A stretch of 63,950 nt of DNA, counting the filler, from Licmophora abbreviata (Eukaryota), in NCBI GenBank assembly GCA_900291995.1. It is 8 parts of 8 records of this genome, joined end to end, with 100 filler letters (N's around TTAATTAATTAA, not from the genome) between each part and the next. Parts side by side here need not be neighbours in the genome. Positions count along the whole stretch, not along the records: positions 41,973 to 53,248 come from OLMU01003277.1; positions 53,349 to 58,310 come from OLMU01003279.1; positions 58,411 to 63,950 come from OLMU01003280.1; 5 more parts are not named here. The stretch is one strand, 5' to 3'. This document shows, in pieces, positions 47,242 to 60,800 of the stretch (position 1 is the first letter of the stretch; each line of letters begins with the position of its first letter). The position numbers and the translations under genes were made by a program. The notes under the pieces were generated by a model. That model ran no database searches. It saw nothing but the letters and a program-made list of their open reading frames with translations, and had not been told where the DNA came from.

Positions 47242-50200
47242 ATGAGGTCTCATTTATCTCACATTCTACCGGTGACAGACGCCTGTCAGATTCTCGGAGA
47301 ACCTTGTGTGAGACGCATCGTACATTCCTATCTTGCTCTTCAGGCTTCACAGCAGCTACCAGGGCAAAGATCCAGCAATTCGACTTTGGAGCCGCCCGTC
47401 GTTGACCCACAAGAAGAACTGCAGCTTTTGAAAGCACTTTTTTACACGCCCCCCGTTGATTCTCAAACAGGCGAGCTGCTCACTGTTGAAATTCCTTCGC
47501 AGATTCGTATGACATGGAACAAATATTTGAAACGGAACTCTGGCCTCGACAAGCGTCACTTCTTGAATTTTGCGGTCCCGCCTTCAGCAATGCCTCGTCC
47601 TGGACCAGGAGGTCATTTGGGACTATTCGATTGTTGGGTTTATGCCTTGAGTGGAAATGCAAGCAGCAGTCATACCAACAACAGCAGTACAACAATTCAA
47701 CTGACGCCGGTTGTGCTACTTCCCGATCTCTTGATTTGCTTTGCAATTTGTCGAGAATTTCAAGAGAGCAGTCGAAAACTTTCAGCGGCGACGAACGAGA
47801 CCAATAAGACAGAAGAGGACTCTGATGACGACAACTACTCACTCATGATGCTCAGCGTTTTCGCGTTCCGATTGTATGATAGTTACCAAAAGAAAGGAGC
47901 CATTGTACGAGATACGCTTCATCGTTTCTTAAGTGACGTGCACGGAGAAGAAAGTTACAAGGCTGTGTCTATTCAAAAGACGCTCACAGGAATGTTTCGA
48001 GCAGAAAAAAGTCTTGATCAGCAAAGGGCTGAATCTGTTCACACAATGCGATCCTCGCTAATGGGCAGCCAGTTCTGTCGTGCTATTGCATCCACGGCCA
48101 CGGCCACCAAAGGCCACGTACTTTTGGACTGGATTGCCAAATTGGGAGTCGCCATGCTGCAATCAGCATTGCATGACCTGCCACCATCGACTAAAGCCTA
48201 TATGGAAACACTACAGACGAGTCACAAGAGTATGGACAAATTGTGCCGTGAATACGGTTTGAACGAACAATCCTTGTATGAAATGAAACGAAAATTTCAC
48301 AGTCTGGTAGAAAGCTCATATGCCGTTATTCAAGGTGACCCCATGTCGGACAATGTCGAAGACGACGGCACTGAGAGCCAAGCGAGTAGTTCCAGCAAGC
48401 CACTGAAGAAGAGACAAGTCATTTCTCAGGACGCCTTTTGTCGGGCCGTATGCGAAGCAAACGAAGAAACAGGACACGGTGGATACCTGCCAAAGTCGTT
48501 GGCCATTTGGACCTTTCAAGGGTCTGCCCATGACTCATTGGGTGATGGCGGCAGCGAGGAGGATACTTGCGTATGGTCTCTATATGACGTTCTGAATTTC
48601 GGATGCCATGCCGTTAGAGTGTCGAGGCTCTCCGAGGGAGCGCATCCCTCGCGGTCCGCAGAAGAAGAGCCGCTGCTTCGCTATGCCTTTAAAGTCTTCG
48701 CAATGCTACCAGGAGGAACAGACTGCAAAGTACTGACCCGAGCGCAGGTAGGACGCATGCTGCTCTTGCTCCTGGAACATGCCGCGTTTCGTCTTGGAGC
48801 GGACTCGTCGCCCGATGACGAGGCTGAGCATGCGCACGATGAGACTTCGAGAGACCCAGATGATCTAGAAGGGAGGAAGATCGATGTGGCTTCAGCCTCT
48901 CTTCTGGGCGTTCTGCCACCAGAGGTCGAGGACACTCACGTTGCTTTGAAGGAGGTCGTGGATCATGTTTTGAACGGCGACGAACATTTTAGCTTTCCCT
49001 CATTTTGTCAGTGGCACCATCGTCGAGCCGACGCCGATCTTCCGCAGCGATTAGGCCCATACTTGCTTGAGCTTCGTCTCATTGCCTCCGTGTTGTTTGG
49101 CGTCCCCCCTACGCGTGCGTCACTAGAGTATGCATTGGTGGCGGAGCTGAAGCGTCGACACAAATACCGATACCCTCAGACGGACGTGGCGCGGCGAGGC
49201 CCGCGAGGTACGATATGGTACATACTGGAAGACGCGTGGTACAAGGCATGGATCGCTTGTATACAGCAAGCGGGTGGAAGTGAACGAGATGGAATAGATG
49301 GAAGAGTCACACACCACCAGGCCCCCCGGGGATTGAGAACTATTCGAAATGCACCCCTTTTGGCGGATAATGGCAGTCTAGCACTCCGCTCAGAAATCCG
49401 TTGGAGACAAGATTACGAGATTGTCCCTCCGCTGGTGTGGTCCGCTTTGCAGGCTTGGTACGATGGAGGACCGCCGATTCACCGTATGGTAGTCCCCTAT
49501 ATTCCCACGACGGGCGCACCATCGCCGCACAGCCGCGTTCCACGGGTGAGAACGGAGTATGAAATCGAGTTATACCCATACTTCGTAACTGTGTTCATGT
49601 GCGACACCTCTTCGCGCGGGGAAGCACGTCCTTTCCAGCAGTACGTCCCTCTGAGTCGAGTATGCCCCGTCCGCGTCTTGTTGGTACAGCTTTGTAAAGG
49701 CATGGAAGTTGACCCAAAGTATGGTCGGCTGTGGATGATGGAGAGTGGAAATAGCGTTGACGGCTGCCTGTCTGATTGGCTGATCAATCTTGATATCAAT
49801 ATCGTTGAAGAACGTCAAACTCGTGGCTTTAACGGTGATCAAGGTAACGGTAGCTCCATCAAGCTTCTGTTGGAACTCAAAGACGAAGAGACCGGAGAGT
49901 GGCCTCGGGGTCTTGATGGAAAGAATTGGACCTTCCGGGAGAGCGGCGGGTTGGCATCTGACTCCGAAATTGGAGATGGCATTGTCGGTCTGTACAATAT
50001 GGGGTAGGTCACACACCATCGGACGTACCTTGTTTGTAAACTATGAAATGTCTAATGTTCTATTTGTGTGGTGCCCGCAGAAACACGTGCTACCTTAACT
50101 CATCGATTCAATGCTTGAGTCACACGCCGGTGTTCCGCGACTATTTTACGTCGAAAGTGTACTTGAATGACATCAACACGACAAACCCTATTGGACACCA

Positions 50201-52689
50201 GGGGAGACTGGCTCAGGTTAGTGCCGTCCTGATCAATTCATTATGGAAGAATTTTAACCAGTCGACACCCCACCTACCCAAACGAGTGACAGCGCCTGGC
50301 TCCTATGCACCCGTTGCATGTCCCGCACTGACGCCTAAAACATTCAAAGAGTCTCTCGGAAACTTTAACGACCACTTCGCAGGTAACGAGCAGCACGATG
50401 CACAGGAGATGCTCGCATTCCTACTTGGTGGTCTTTCAGAAGACCTGAATAGGATCGTAGAGAAACCGTACATTGAAGCCCCTGATTCAGATGGACGGCC
50501 TGATAGCGAACTTGCAGAGATTTGGTGGTCGAACCACTTGAAGCGAGAAATGTCGATCATTGTCGCACTGTTCACTGGCCAGTATAAGAGTTTGCTAACT
50601 TGCCGCTCGTGCAAGTATGAGAGTGCCAGATTTGAACCCTTTTCGTTCTTACAGCTTCCTCTGCCGGAGGACGATCAAGTTGCCGCAACTCTTGTATTTT
50701 ATCCATTGAAAGTTGGAACGGAGCCCATGAAATACTCTGTTCGGGTTCAACACAATGGGAAACTACTCGACGTTCTGATCGCGTTGGCAAAAATGCTTTA
50801 CGATGACGAACAACAGGTGTCCCAAAACGGGAGCCACTCCAGCTTCGATCACCCCCCAAGCGAGCAAGACGTCAATCCCGCTCTAGAGGAAACGTTAAGA
50901 GAAAAGGCAAAGAACATGGCCGTGGTTGACTTGAAAGAAGGGTACATCTTCAAGATTGCACCGGTAAGTACGATCTGCCGAGCTTCAGGTGACAAAAGCG
51001 TCGTGCTAACGCTTTCTCTTTTATGTACTATCGCTTTCGCAGAATTCGTGGGCGCTACCTGACTTACAGAACAAAGAAACTGGTGAATTGCCTACACTGC
51101 ATGTCTACGAACTCGATCCTCTACCTTCAGATTCCATTGCGATGGCGAGCTCCAACATTCACACGAAGATCAACAGCTCACCGCAAGACGACATTCCTGC
51201 TGAACAGACCGAGGAAGGTCGCAGCGAAGAGGATGCAGGAGAGAGGAGCAGCGACATGGAGAACGAAGAGTTTACACGAGTGATATCTGACAGCAACATG
51301 ACTAGTGAAATGACGAGTGGCGAGAAGCCATCGGACGTGAAATACTCATACCTGGCGCTCGCGCAAAGAAGATCAGAGCTTGTCTCTCGTGAGATGCTTC
51401 ATCCTTTCAACCACCACGTGTTTGGAACTCCGCTGCTACTACGAGTGGTAGATCTGGAGGGCTACTCTGGAAGGGATCTATATGACTTGGTGGCAAAGAG
51501 AATAAAGAAGTTTGTTCCCAAGGCTGCTCTACGATTCCTCGCGGACAACGGAGGCGAATCCACCGAAGTAAGTACAAACGACGATGATAGCGAAGAAGAT
51601 GAGGTTGGATTCATGCCACGGGCAGGCACAAGACAGCGACGTCGACAAACCACCTCTGAGATGGAAGAAGTCTCTGCTGGGCTAGTCCCGCGCTACGGAT
51701 TCCGCTTGCGCCTGTCATCCCGAGATGGTCACCGATGCGCTCTGTGTCCCTGGTACGAATGCTGCATTGGATGTCTTATTCCAGACGACGACTACCCTAC
51801 CATTGTCATGTGCGGAGACAGCGTTGCACTGGACTGGCACTTGGCGGTCGACATTGCCACAGCCGGCTTCGGTTGTCGATCGAACCTAGATACCACCGGC
51901 TCTCAGAGCTCTCTCCGACTCAAGCCGCTAACACAGCCAGTGAAGAACCATCGGTCTTGTGGAAACAAGGCGAAAACGAAAGGACATGCGCATACAATCA
52001 CTCTTGAGGATTGTCTTGACGCCTTTGCCAAGGAAGAACGCATCCCAGAGGCGTACTGTTCTAGTTGCAAGGACTTCCGTGTTCAGACAAAGCGTATGAG
52101 CTTGTGGCGCCTCCCGCCTGTCGTCATTATCCACCTCAAGCGCTTCCAGTTTACACAGCACATGCGACGAAAGCTTCGCGACCTCGTCGTCTTTCCTGTT
52201 GAAGGGCTGGACCTATCTCGGATCGTAGCGGCCGACTCTACTCTACCACAGCACCCCGTGCAGATGGTGAGCGGGGAGACACCTCGAGAAGCCCAGAACG
52301 AGGACAGCACGACGGCGGATGAGAACGACGATGCTTCGACGTCATCTCGATTTTCGCCGTCCAAGCCTGGCGGTCGTTCCGAAATGCTGTACGATTTGTA
52401 TGGCGTTGTCCATCATCAGGGTGCGCTATCAGGTGGCCACTATGTGGCTTCTCTTAAGTCAGACCTCGACGGACAGTGGCGCCTATTCAATGATGCGCAA
52501 GTCTTCGAAATTCACAGTCGTGATGTTGTGGACCCGTCTGCCTACATTCTCTTTTACATTCGAAGAGACGTCAAAGATGCAAATCTACAAGACTTTTGGG
52601 ATATCGCTGGACGAGAAGGCGAAGGGCTGACTGAGGAAGACATGGAAAAGCTAATGAAGGCCAGAACGGATCGATGTGTCATTAGTTAA
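47242..52689 (+). CDS. Ubiquitin-specific protease, USP32-like (degenerate EF-hands, DUSP, split USP domain); 3 exons; start uncertain
   Basis: DUSP-like region (DYEIVPPLVWSALQAWYDGGPPI), Cys box GLYNMG|NTCYLNSSIQCL, QHDAQE, CALCPWYECCIGC insert, His box HQGALSGGHYVA; introns 50004-50080 and 50964-51042. Confidence 0.9.
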
Positions 52690-52830
52690 AAGGATTTAAT
52701 GCCCAAACAGATACAATAGAATGAGTGAACTCAAGTATCCATCGACCACACCGGTACTACGAGTAGCTTCTCTAAATCATCGGCAACAGCACACCATGCC
52801 CACCGCGCGCCACATGCCCTTTCATCTAAT

Positions 52831-53248
52831 TCACTTGGGCAAAACCAGCGGCTTTAACGTCAAATCCCCACCAGCAGGGCTTGTTCGCTGTTTTGCTGTT
52901 TTGCTGCCAAACAAATAAACGGATCCCAGAATCATTGCAGACCCAATCGAGAATCGTGATGTGAGCGTCGTTTCAAAGACGACCGTACTAAAGGCCGTCG
53001 CCACCACCAAACTCACTCCCGTGGCGAGTCCCTTCAAGACCTAAGGTATCAATACATGGTTCGAACAATAAGAGAAGGTTCTCACGGAAACGATATGAGA
53101 CACAACAGCAAGCAAGACTTACATTGTCCGCATACTTGATGACGGCAGCCACCAAGATGCCACCTCCGGTTTGCAATACCATCATGGTCCAAACCCAAGA
53201 GTGGAATCCGTGAAAGTAGGGTTTCGCGGGAATCTCTGATCGGTGCTT
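52831..53248 (-). CDS. Nucleotide-sugar transporter (SLC35A-like), 3' part only; remainder in gap
   Basis: FHGF..GGILVAAVIKYADN|VLKGLATGVSLVV; intron 53041-53122. Confidence 0.85.
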
Positions 53249-53647
53249 NNNNNNNNNNNNNNNNNNNNNNNNNNNNNNNNNNNNNNNNNNNNTTAATTAA
53301 TTAANNNNNNNNNNNNNNNNNNNNNNNNNNNNNNNNNNNNNNNNNNNNGTCTCATATTTGTAGCACGTCTTCGGAACATAATTCCACGTGTAATCTTCTC
53401 AACAACAGCAACAATGCACCCTTCGAACTTCGAACCTCTCGCGGCAACTTGCAACTTCCACCAGCACATCAACAATTAGCACGCATGTAGAAAGCAAACG
53501 AAGACTCGACTGCAATAAGCGATACGCACAAGGGTGGAGTGACTTACTCACTTCGCGAGCGAATAAATCGGTTTTGCTGTTTGTGCAATTCTTTATATAT
53601 GCAAACATAAAGCGTTCCGAGTGAGCCAACGAAGAAGACCACGAAGC

Positions 53648-53956
53648 ATGTCTGGCGATCGAGCCCTGCTGCATCTGTATCGCCAGCTGCTCCGCTCGTG
53701 TGCTACATATCCCTCCAAGAATCGATGGGGTATTTACCAAGCCATTCGAGAGGAGTTTCGGGAAAACAGAAAACTCGATCCAACCAATGAAAAAACTAAA
53801 ACGATGATCTCTGTGGCATACAAGGGACTTTCACAGCTGCGACAGTACGACCAGGAAGTGCTGACAGGAGGCAACGCTCAGAACTCTCACTGGAGCGTGA
53901 CCCTCGAACAGAATCCAATGCCGAGACGACCAGATCCCGACGAGGAAAAGAGTTGA
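53648..53956 (+). CDS. LYR-motif (Complex1_LYR) mitochondrial protein
   Basis: LHLYRQLLRS..YPS..IREEFRENR..DP. Confidence 0.8.
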   Translation: MSGDRALLHLYRQLLRSCATYPSKNRWGIYQAIREEFRENRKLDPTNEKTKTMISVAYKGLSQLRQYDQEVLTGGNAQNSHWSVTLEQNPMPRRPDPDEEKS

Positions 53957-54222
53957 AAGGACGAAGCAAATGTGATGCTGACACTCCGAGCTTGCAAGGA
54001 TGACGGAAACATGAACTTGAGAACCTGCTATCATTCGAATAGCCTCCTACGAGTCGACCGCAAAGGTGTTGCGTTGTCATATACTATCAGATATCTGAAG
54101 TCATTGATCCAAGAACGTTGCAGTAAAAATAGTCCACCACTTTGGCAAACGGTATCTGACGCTATAACAGTATCAGACGACATTATTTCTGTAGATACAT
54201 TTCTCCTCATGCCCGTGCCTCC

Positions 54223-55477
54223 TCAGACTGCTGCTTGGTTCCCCCCCAGAGCTGCCATTGGCTGCCCATCGTTCTCAGGTACATGGACGAAATCCTGGCG
54301 ACAACAGGGGCAAATCATGGCGAAGGTTGTGACGTCTTTGAATGCATCGCCGGTCGATTCATCCGGATGATTCCGCCTTCTTCGCTGCTTCTTCCGGCCC
54401 AACGACAACATCCAATTGAGTATACACTCTTCATGAAAGACGTGTGAGCATTCCGGGTTCGATGCCCACGACACGCGGTCTCCCTGTTCATACTCGCACA
54501 GGCAGACAGCACAGCCATTGGTCACGAGACGACAATTGTTCTCGGAATCATTCGGGGACCAGGGCTTTCCAGCTTCTGGGACTAAAATACACCTGTTCTG
54601 GGAATTGCGGAACTCTTCTACAAGGGCCCCGTCATCAAACTCGTCCGAGCTACTAGCGAGATTGTCGTTCTCGCCATCTGCTGAGGTACCTTCCCGCACT
54701 GAGCCCATCTCAACGTCAGTCCTCTCTGACTCTGCGGACGGAGTGGCTCTCTCTTCTCCAGCATTTCTTTCGTCACTCGCTTGACCACATGACGTGGCGA
54801 TGCTACTTGCCCATTCGACATTGTCTGGTGCATCGGCACCTTTCTGCTTGGTTGCGACAGTGTTCTCTTCGTTGCGTACACCCTGCTCTTTCATATCGTC
54901 ATGTTCGAGCTTCTGAGTATGTACACAGGCCAGTCAACAATGAAAAGCGAGAGCTTGAGTCATTCATTCTCCCGGAATACTCTACTACGACGCCCGGTAG
55001 ACAGTTACACCCTCTATAGTGAAGAACGTACCTTGGTGTAGTTGGCCATGCGCTCTAGCAAAAAGATCTGACGTATCTCATCTTCCTCCGCCTCTGAATA
55101 CGGGGATTGAACTCGCCCCCTTTCCTCCGCTCGGGCCCTGTTAAAAAGGAGTACAGTACGTGCATTCGAGTGATATAAAGCGACGATTTAGCGCGACGGT
55201 CCTGGTGCAACCAGGTCAGATCACACATCATGTCGAGCCGCACGTACCGTTCATATCGTTCCAGAGCTCTCCGATACCACTCGGCATCACGCTCAGGAGG
55301 CACGTCAACATCCCATCGTCTTTCTCGAATCCTGGAAATCCAAATCTTGCGACGTCGAGGTTGAAAACAGATCGGGGCTAGTAAGAACACGACACCCGAC
55401 ACCGACCAAATGATGGTCAAGACGACCGTGTTGTTCAAGAAACCAGCATCGTCGTTGTTGTCATTTGGACTGCTCAT
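54223..55477 (-). CDS. Transmembrane RING-H2 E3 ligase (ATL-like); 3 exons
   Basis: N-terminal TM; CAVCLCEY..CSHVFHEECILNW..CPCCRQ; introns 55138-55247 and 54913-55031. Confidence 0.82.
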
Positions 55478-55984
55478 GAGGACAATGATGGTTCTTGGAC
55501 TAGAAGCATTGGGGCGAGGAAGGGGTCTGAGAAGTAGTTGGGCAAAGAGTGCGCTGCTTTGGCCAGTGGAACGGAACGACAGTCTAGTGTTCTCATTGTG
55601 TCATGACGAGAATGCAAAACTTTGATGGATATTGAACTTTCGTGACTTCCAAAAACCTCGCCATTTTTGTGATCTTTCGAATTCCAGCGGCTCTTTTCAA
55701 TTTTTATCATTCGGATCATGTAAGATTCCATTCTTCACGTACGTTGCTTATGAATAGATCGTCAAAAAGGAATCCTTCCAAAATTCAAGAACTTCAGTTG
55801 AAGACTTAGAGTCGATCGAGTCACACTTCTTAAACTTGAGATTTTTGAGAGAATTGGAATTTGGGGACAGACAGCACGATGACGACGACAGTAGGCAAAA
55901 GCCCCCATCGTCGTTCCTCTCTTTCATCCTTGCAGTTTTCGGAACCCTCTTCCAAACCCTCGCCCCTTCTAGCAGCGCACACCC

Positions 55985-57472
55985 ATGGATCCCACTAATC
56001 TGTCCTCGCTGCTCTTTTCAGATGAAACTGACTCATCATTGCATTTGACAACCTCCTCCTGGCTAGGACCCGTCGCGCTCGCCACGGTTAGTACTACTTC
56101 CGTGACGCACAAGAATCACGGCCACCATCACAATCAGGCGATGATGGGCTTGGTGGTTACACGCGATGTTTCACCAGGCGAATGTCTGTTTATCATGAAT
56201 CCGACTGCATCGGCTGACGTTGATACAGTCAAGGAGTACTGGCAAGCCGAACAATCGTCTACACGTTCTTCTTCTTTGCAAGACACTGCCGAGCAAGTTC
56301 TACTGCAAGTCATGAAGCAGTGTTTGGACGAGTCGATGGAGATCGATAATACTACCAAGAGAAGAAGTAGAAGTAGAAACGCGGAAAGTTTCTTGATGCT
56401 CGTGGGGCACGATGGAACGAGAATCATGGCAGAGGCGATTCGACAAGGCGATGCGATTCAGATTTTGTTGGGGAGTAATGATGATGATGATGATGATGCT
56501 ACTGAAGAAGACGATCCCATTAGCACTTTTACTCCGAACGACATAGTCCCCGAGGAGACTCTTCTGGACATTATCCGACACAATGCCTTTGGCCCCGACT
56601 TTCACAACTACTCGGTGATGGAAAACACTTGGTTGACACAAGACTCGAACAGCAATGGGCAAAGAAGTAGAACGGCTCCGTACCATCGCATTTTGGGCAT
56701 GTATCCGTTGGCGGCCATGATCAATCATTCCTGTGCCTCCAACGCCGTACGAGTCTTTCACGGTGAAACCATGATGGTGCATGCCACTAATTCCATTGCA
56801 AAAGGCGAGGAAATTGTATGGAGCTACATTCCACCCATTGAACCTTTTCCAAGTCGCCAGTCTCAATTGAAAGAAATGTATGACTTCGAATGCCAATGTG
56901 TGAGGTGTACCGAAGAATCCAGGCTCTATGCCGATGTGGTTGGTCTGGAACAACAACTGAATCCGATTAGTTCTTTTCAGCCTCGAAGTGAGTCTCGGAT
57001 GGCACGGGATCAACAAGAAGCAGTCGTGGACCACGTGGATAAACTGGAAGAGGTACTGGCAGACCCTCGCATACCCAATGAAGCGAGACGATTACTCCGA
57101 GTGTGTTACCTGAAACTTTACATTAGCTACTTCAATGCTGTACTGAGCATTGTTGACAATATTGATGACAAGAAGAGGAAACGGGTATTGACTCTCGCCT
57201 CTCAGCTTCACTTCTCCTTGTTGACCTGTCACAAGGGCAGCACCGAACACTTGAGCATTTTGCATCTCTGCTACGAACTGGTGTCTCTTTTGTATTCGAG
57301 AGATGAACCGAATAAGGTTCGGTTTTGGGTAGAGCAGCTCAAGCAGGCACACATGGTGCGGTACGGGAGTCTGGGGAACGATCTCGAGTCGGTGCGTGAA
57401 GTCATGAAGCATTCTCGAGGAATCTTGCGGGCTCAGCATGGGCTACAAAAGGCGCGCTATAAGTTTCTTTAG
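55985..57472 (+). CDS. SET-domain (SMYD-like) lysine methyltransferase
   Basis: GLVVTRDVSPGE, GMYPLAAMINHSCASNA, GEEIVWSY, post-SET FECQCVRC. Confidence 0.87.
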   Translation: MDPTNLSSLLFSDETDSSLHLTTSSWLGPVALATVSTTSVTHKNHGHHHNQAMMGLVVTRDVSPGECLFIMNPTASADVDTVKEYWQAEQSSTRSSSLQDTAEQVLLQVMKQCLDESMEIDNTTKRRSRSRNAESFLMLVGHDGTRIMAEAIRQGDAIQILLGSNDDDDDDATEEDDPISTFTPNDIVPEETLLDIIRHNAFGPDFHNYSVMENTWLTQDSNSNGQRSRTAPYHRILGMYPLAAMINHSCASNAVRVFHGETMMVHATNSIAKGEEIVWSYIPPIEPFPSRQSQLKEMYDFECQCVRCTEESRLYADVVGLEQQLNPISSFQPRSESRMARDQQEAVVDHVDKLEEVLADPRIPNEARRLLRVCYLKLYISYFNAVLSIVDNIDDKKRKRVLTLASQLHFSLLTCHKGSTEHLSILHLCYELVSLLYSRDEPNKVRFWVEQLKQAHMVRYGSLGNDLESVREVMKHSRGILRAQHGLQKARYKFL

Positions 57473-57891
57473 CTACATATGATACAAATCTTATCACTTT
57501 TGATGTATTGAAAGAGCTAATCATTTTATTCATGGGCCAATCGCAAACAGAGAGTGCCCCTCCAACACTCACCTAACTACCGGTACCGGTACCTCATATC
57601 TGGGTAGCTACCTGGTAGCTCTATGATAGGTAGATTGGCGTGGCAGCCATCACATCTAAAGTTCAAAGCTCAAAGTTCACGTTTGACCTAGCCGTCTGCC
57701 TGGCCACCCGGAGCAGTATTCGAGCTCTGGATCTCAATGACATGTGTGAGAGCTCGCACGCTGGAGATTAATCTTAACTTTTCTGCCCTCACAAAAATGG
57801 ACGGTCGACGTCGTTCGACAAGCCGTTTGTCTTGCTGAGAGGACCCTCATTAGATTTCTTTCCAATAAGGTCACTAGATAACTGCTTCATC

Positions 57892-60800
57892 ATGTCTTCG
57901 CTTCCATCCAAGTTGGATTTCGCCAAGATGGAGGAGAAAATCTGTGCCAACTGGGAAAAGGAGGACACGTTTCGAACGCAGACCCGGCTCAGTCAGGAGC
58001 GAGGCGATGAGGTGCGCTTACTTGATCATGAGTACGAGTATACTGTGCGTGCTCCCGAGGGGGAAGCTTGTCTCCTTGTTCTAATCGAATCTATCTTCTC
58101 TTTCGTCTCGTTTCACGTCACAGGAATTTACATTCTATGACGGACCTCCCTTCGCCACAGGCTTGCCGCACTACGGTCACATCCTCGCCGGCACCATCAA
58201 GGATACGGTGACTCGGTACGCCGCCATGTCGGGCAAGTACGTGGAACGTCGCGCCGGATGGGACTGTCACGGACTGCCGGTTGAGTATGAGATCGATCAG
58301 AAGCTCAATANNNNNNNNNNNNNNNNNNNNNNNNNNNNNNNNNNNNNNNNNNNNTTAATTAATTAANNNNNNNNNNNNNNNNNNNNNNNNNNNNNNNNNN
58401 NNNNNNNNNNTTGAGTATGAGATCGATCAGAAGCTCAATATTACGCATCGTGATCAAGTACTGGAGATGGGCATTGACAAGTACAACGCGACGTGTCGAG
58501 GTATCGTGACGCGATACACGAAGGAGTGGGAGCGAACGGTGACTCGTTTGGGACGATGGATTGACTTTGAGAACGATTACAAGACGATGGACCCCACTTT
58601 TATGGAGACTGTATGGTGGGTCTTTCAGCAGCTGTTCAACAAGGATTTGGTCTACCAAGGGTACAAGGTGATGCCGTATTCGACCGCCTGTTCGACACCG
58701 CTTAGTAATTTTGAGGCAGGATTGAATTACAAGGACGTGCGGGACCCGGCGGTCGTTGTGAGCTTTCCTTTAACCGACGATCCTTCTGTGGCCTTTGTGG
58801 CTTGGACGACCACACCTTGGACTCTTCCGTCGAATCTAGCGCTCTGCGTGCATCCTGAAATGGAGTACGTGAAAATTCTCGACAAGAAGACTGAAAACAC
58901 TTACATTCTGGCCAAGTCCAGACTGTCGCAGCTGTATCCTATTATGAACAACAAGAAAAAGTGGAAAGTAGCCATGGCCGCTGACTTGTATGAAACAAAA
59001 GAAACCATGCTCGGAAAAGACTTGGTCGGAAAAACGTATCAGCCGCTCTTTGACTTCTTCGTTGGCTCGACCGGCTCCGACCAGTACTTTCGTGTCCTCT
59101 CCGACGCATACGTGACGGACGACGCGGGTACTGGTATTGTCCACCAAGCACCGGCTTTTGGAGAAGACGATTACCGCGTGTGTTTATCACACGGTGTCAT
59201 TGTCAAGGGTGCTGAACTTCCTTGTCCCGTCGATGCGAGCGGATTGTTTACCGATCCAGTCGGGCCGGTCAAGGGCATGCACGTCAAGAAGGCCGATGAC
59301 ACGCTGATCCAGTTGCTCAAGGAACAGGGAAATCTGGTCCAAAAGGACAATCTTGATCACTCTTATCCATTTTGCTGGCGTTCTGACACGCCTCTTATCT
59401 ACAAGGCGGTTCCGTCGTGGTTCATAAGAGTGGAAGATATCCGAGACAAGATTGTGGCAAACAATCAGAAAACATACTGGGTTCCCAGTCACGTCAAGGA
59501 AGTTCGTTTTCATAATTGGCTGACCGATGCTCGTGACTGGGCTGTCTCTCGAAACCGTTTCTGGGGAACGCCCATTCCCATCTGGGCTGACGAGAGCCTG
59601 AGCGAAGTCGTTTGCATCGGCAGCATCGATGAGTTGGCAGAGCTTTCAGGTGTTCGCGTCGAGGATCTGCATCGGGAGACAGTGGATAGTGTCACAATTC
59701 CGTCCAAGAAGAACCCCGGAAGCGTCCTCCGAAGGGTGGATGAGGTCTTTGACTGCTGGTTTGAGTCCGGCTCAATGCCTTACGCACAAAAACACTATCC
59801 ATTTGAGAACAAGGAGTCGTTCGAAAAGGGATTCCCCGCAGATTTCATTGCTGAAGGTTTGGACCAGACACGGGGATGGTTCTATACGCTAATGGTTCTC
59901 TCCACCGCCTTATTTGACAAGCCTGCCTTCAAGAACCTAATTGTGAACGGCTTGGTGCTAGCTGGCGACGGAAAAAAGATGTCAAAGCGTCTGAAGAACT
60001 ACCCTGACCCAAACCTTGTGGTATCGAAGTACGGCGCTGATGCGCTTCGCATGTACCTCATCAATTCTCCTGTCGTCCGTGCAGAATCGCTCAAGTTTCA
60101 AGAATCTGGTGTTTTTGGTGTCGTCAAGGAAGTTTTCCTGTCGTGGTACAACGCCTTCCGTTTCTTCGTACAGAACGTGGAGCGCCTCGAGGGCCGCGGC
60201 ATCAAATTTGTCCCGTCCAACGAAAAGGTGAAGACGACAAAGAATCCGACAGACATCTGGATCTCAGCGGCGACACAGGAGCTTATCAAGTTCGTGCACC
60301 AGGAGATGGCAGCGTACCGGTTGTATACCGTCATGCCCGCCTTGGTCAGTTACTTAACGCAACTGACGAACTGGTACGTACGGCTTAATCGAGATCGGCT
60401 GAAGGGTATGGAGGGCGAAGGTATGGAAGCTGAGGCCGAGGCGGAGACTGGACTTCAGATTCTATACGATTGCCTCCTCGATGTGACTATTTTAATGGGT
60501 CCATTCACTCCCTTCATCACGGAGTACTTCTACCAACAGCTGCGAAAGCTGCAGCCTTCCTATGCGGAAGCTGCCAACGGAGGTGGCGTTACAAACCCCG
60601 CCATTCCTGGCAAGAGCGACTCGGTTCACTTCCTGAAACTCCCGGCGTACGATGCAACTCGTTTGAATCAGGAGGCGATGGAGGCAATGGCAGCCCTACA
60701 GTCAGTTGTAGAACAAAATCGTTATGTACGTGAAAAGCGCAACATTGGTCTTCGCATGCCAGTCAAGACAGTAGTTGCGGTCATGCGAGATCCTTCCGAA

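Noticed and set aside
6985..58410. Seven identical TTAATTAATTAA motifs flanked by Ns
   Set aside because: Artificial six-frame-stop scaffolding linker, not a biological repeat or CRISPR array.
58281..58440. 30-bp direct repeat flanking the gap in IleRS (looks like a target-site duplication)
   Set aside because: Contig overlap; collapsing it restores the continuous frame [22 protein letters not shown].
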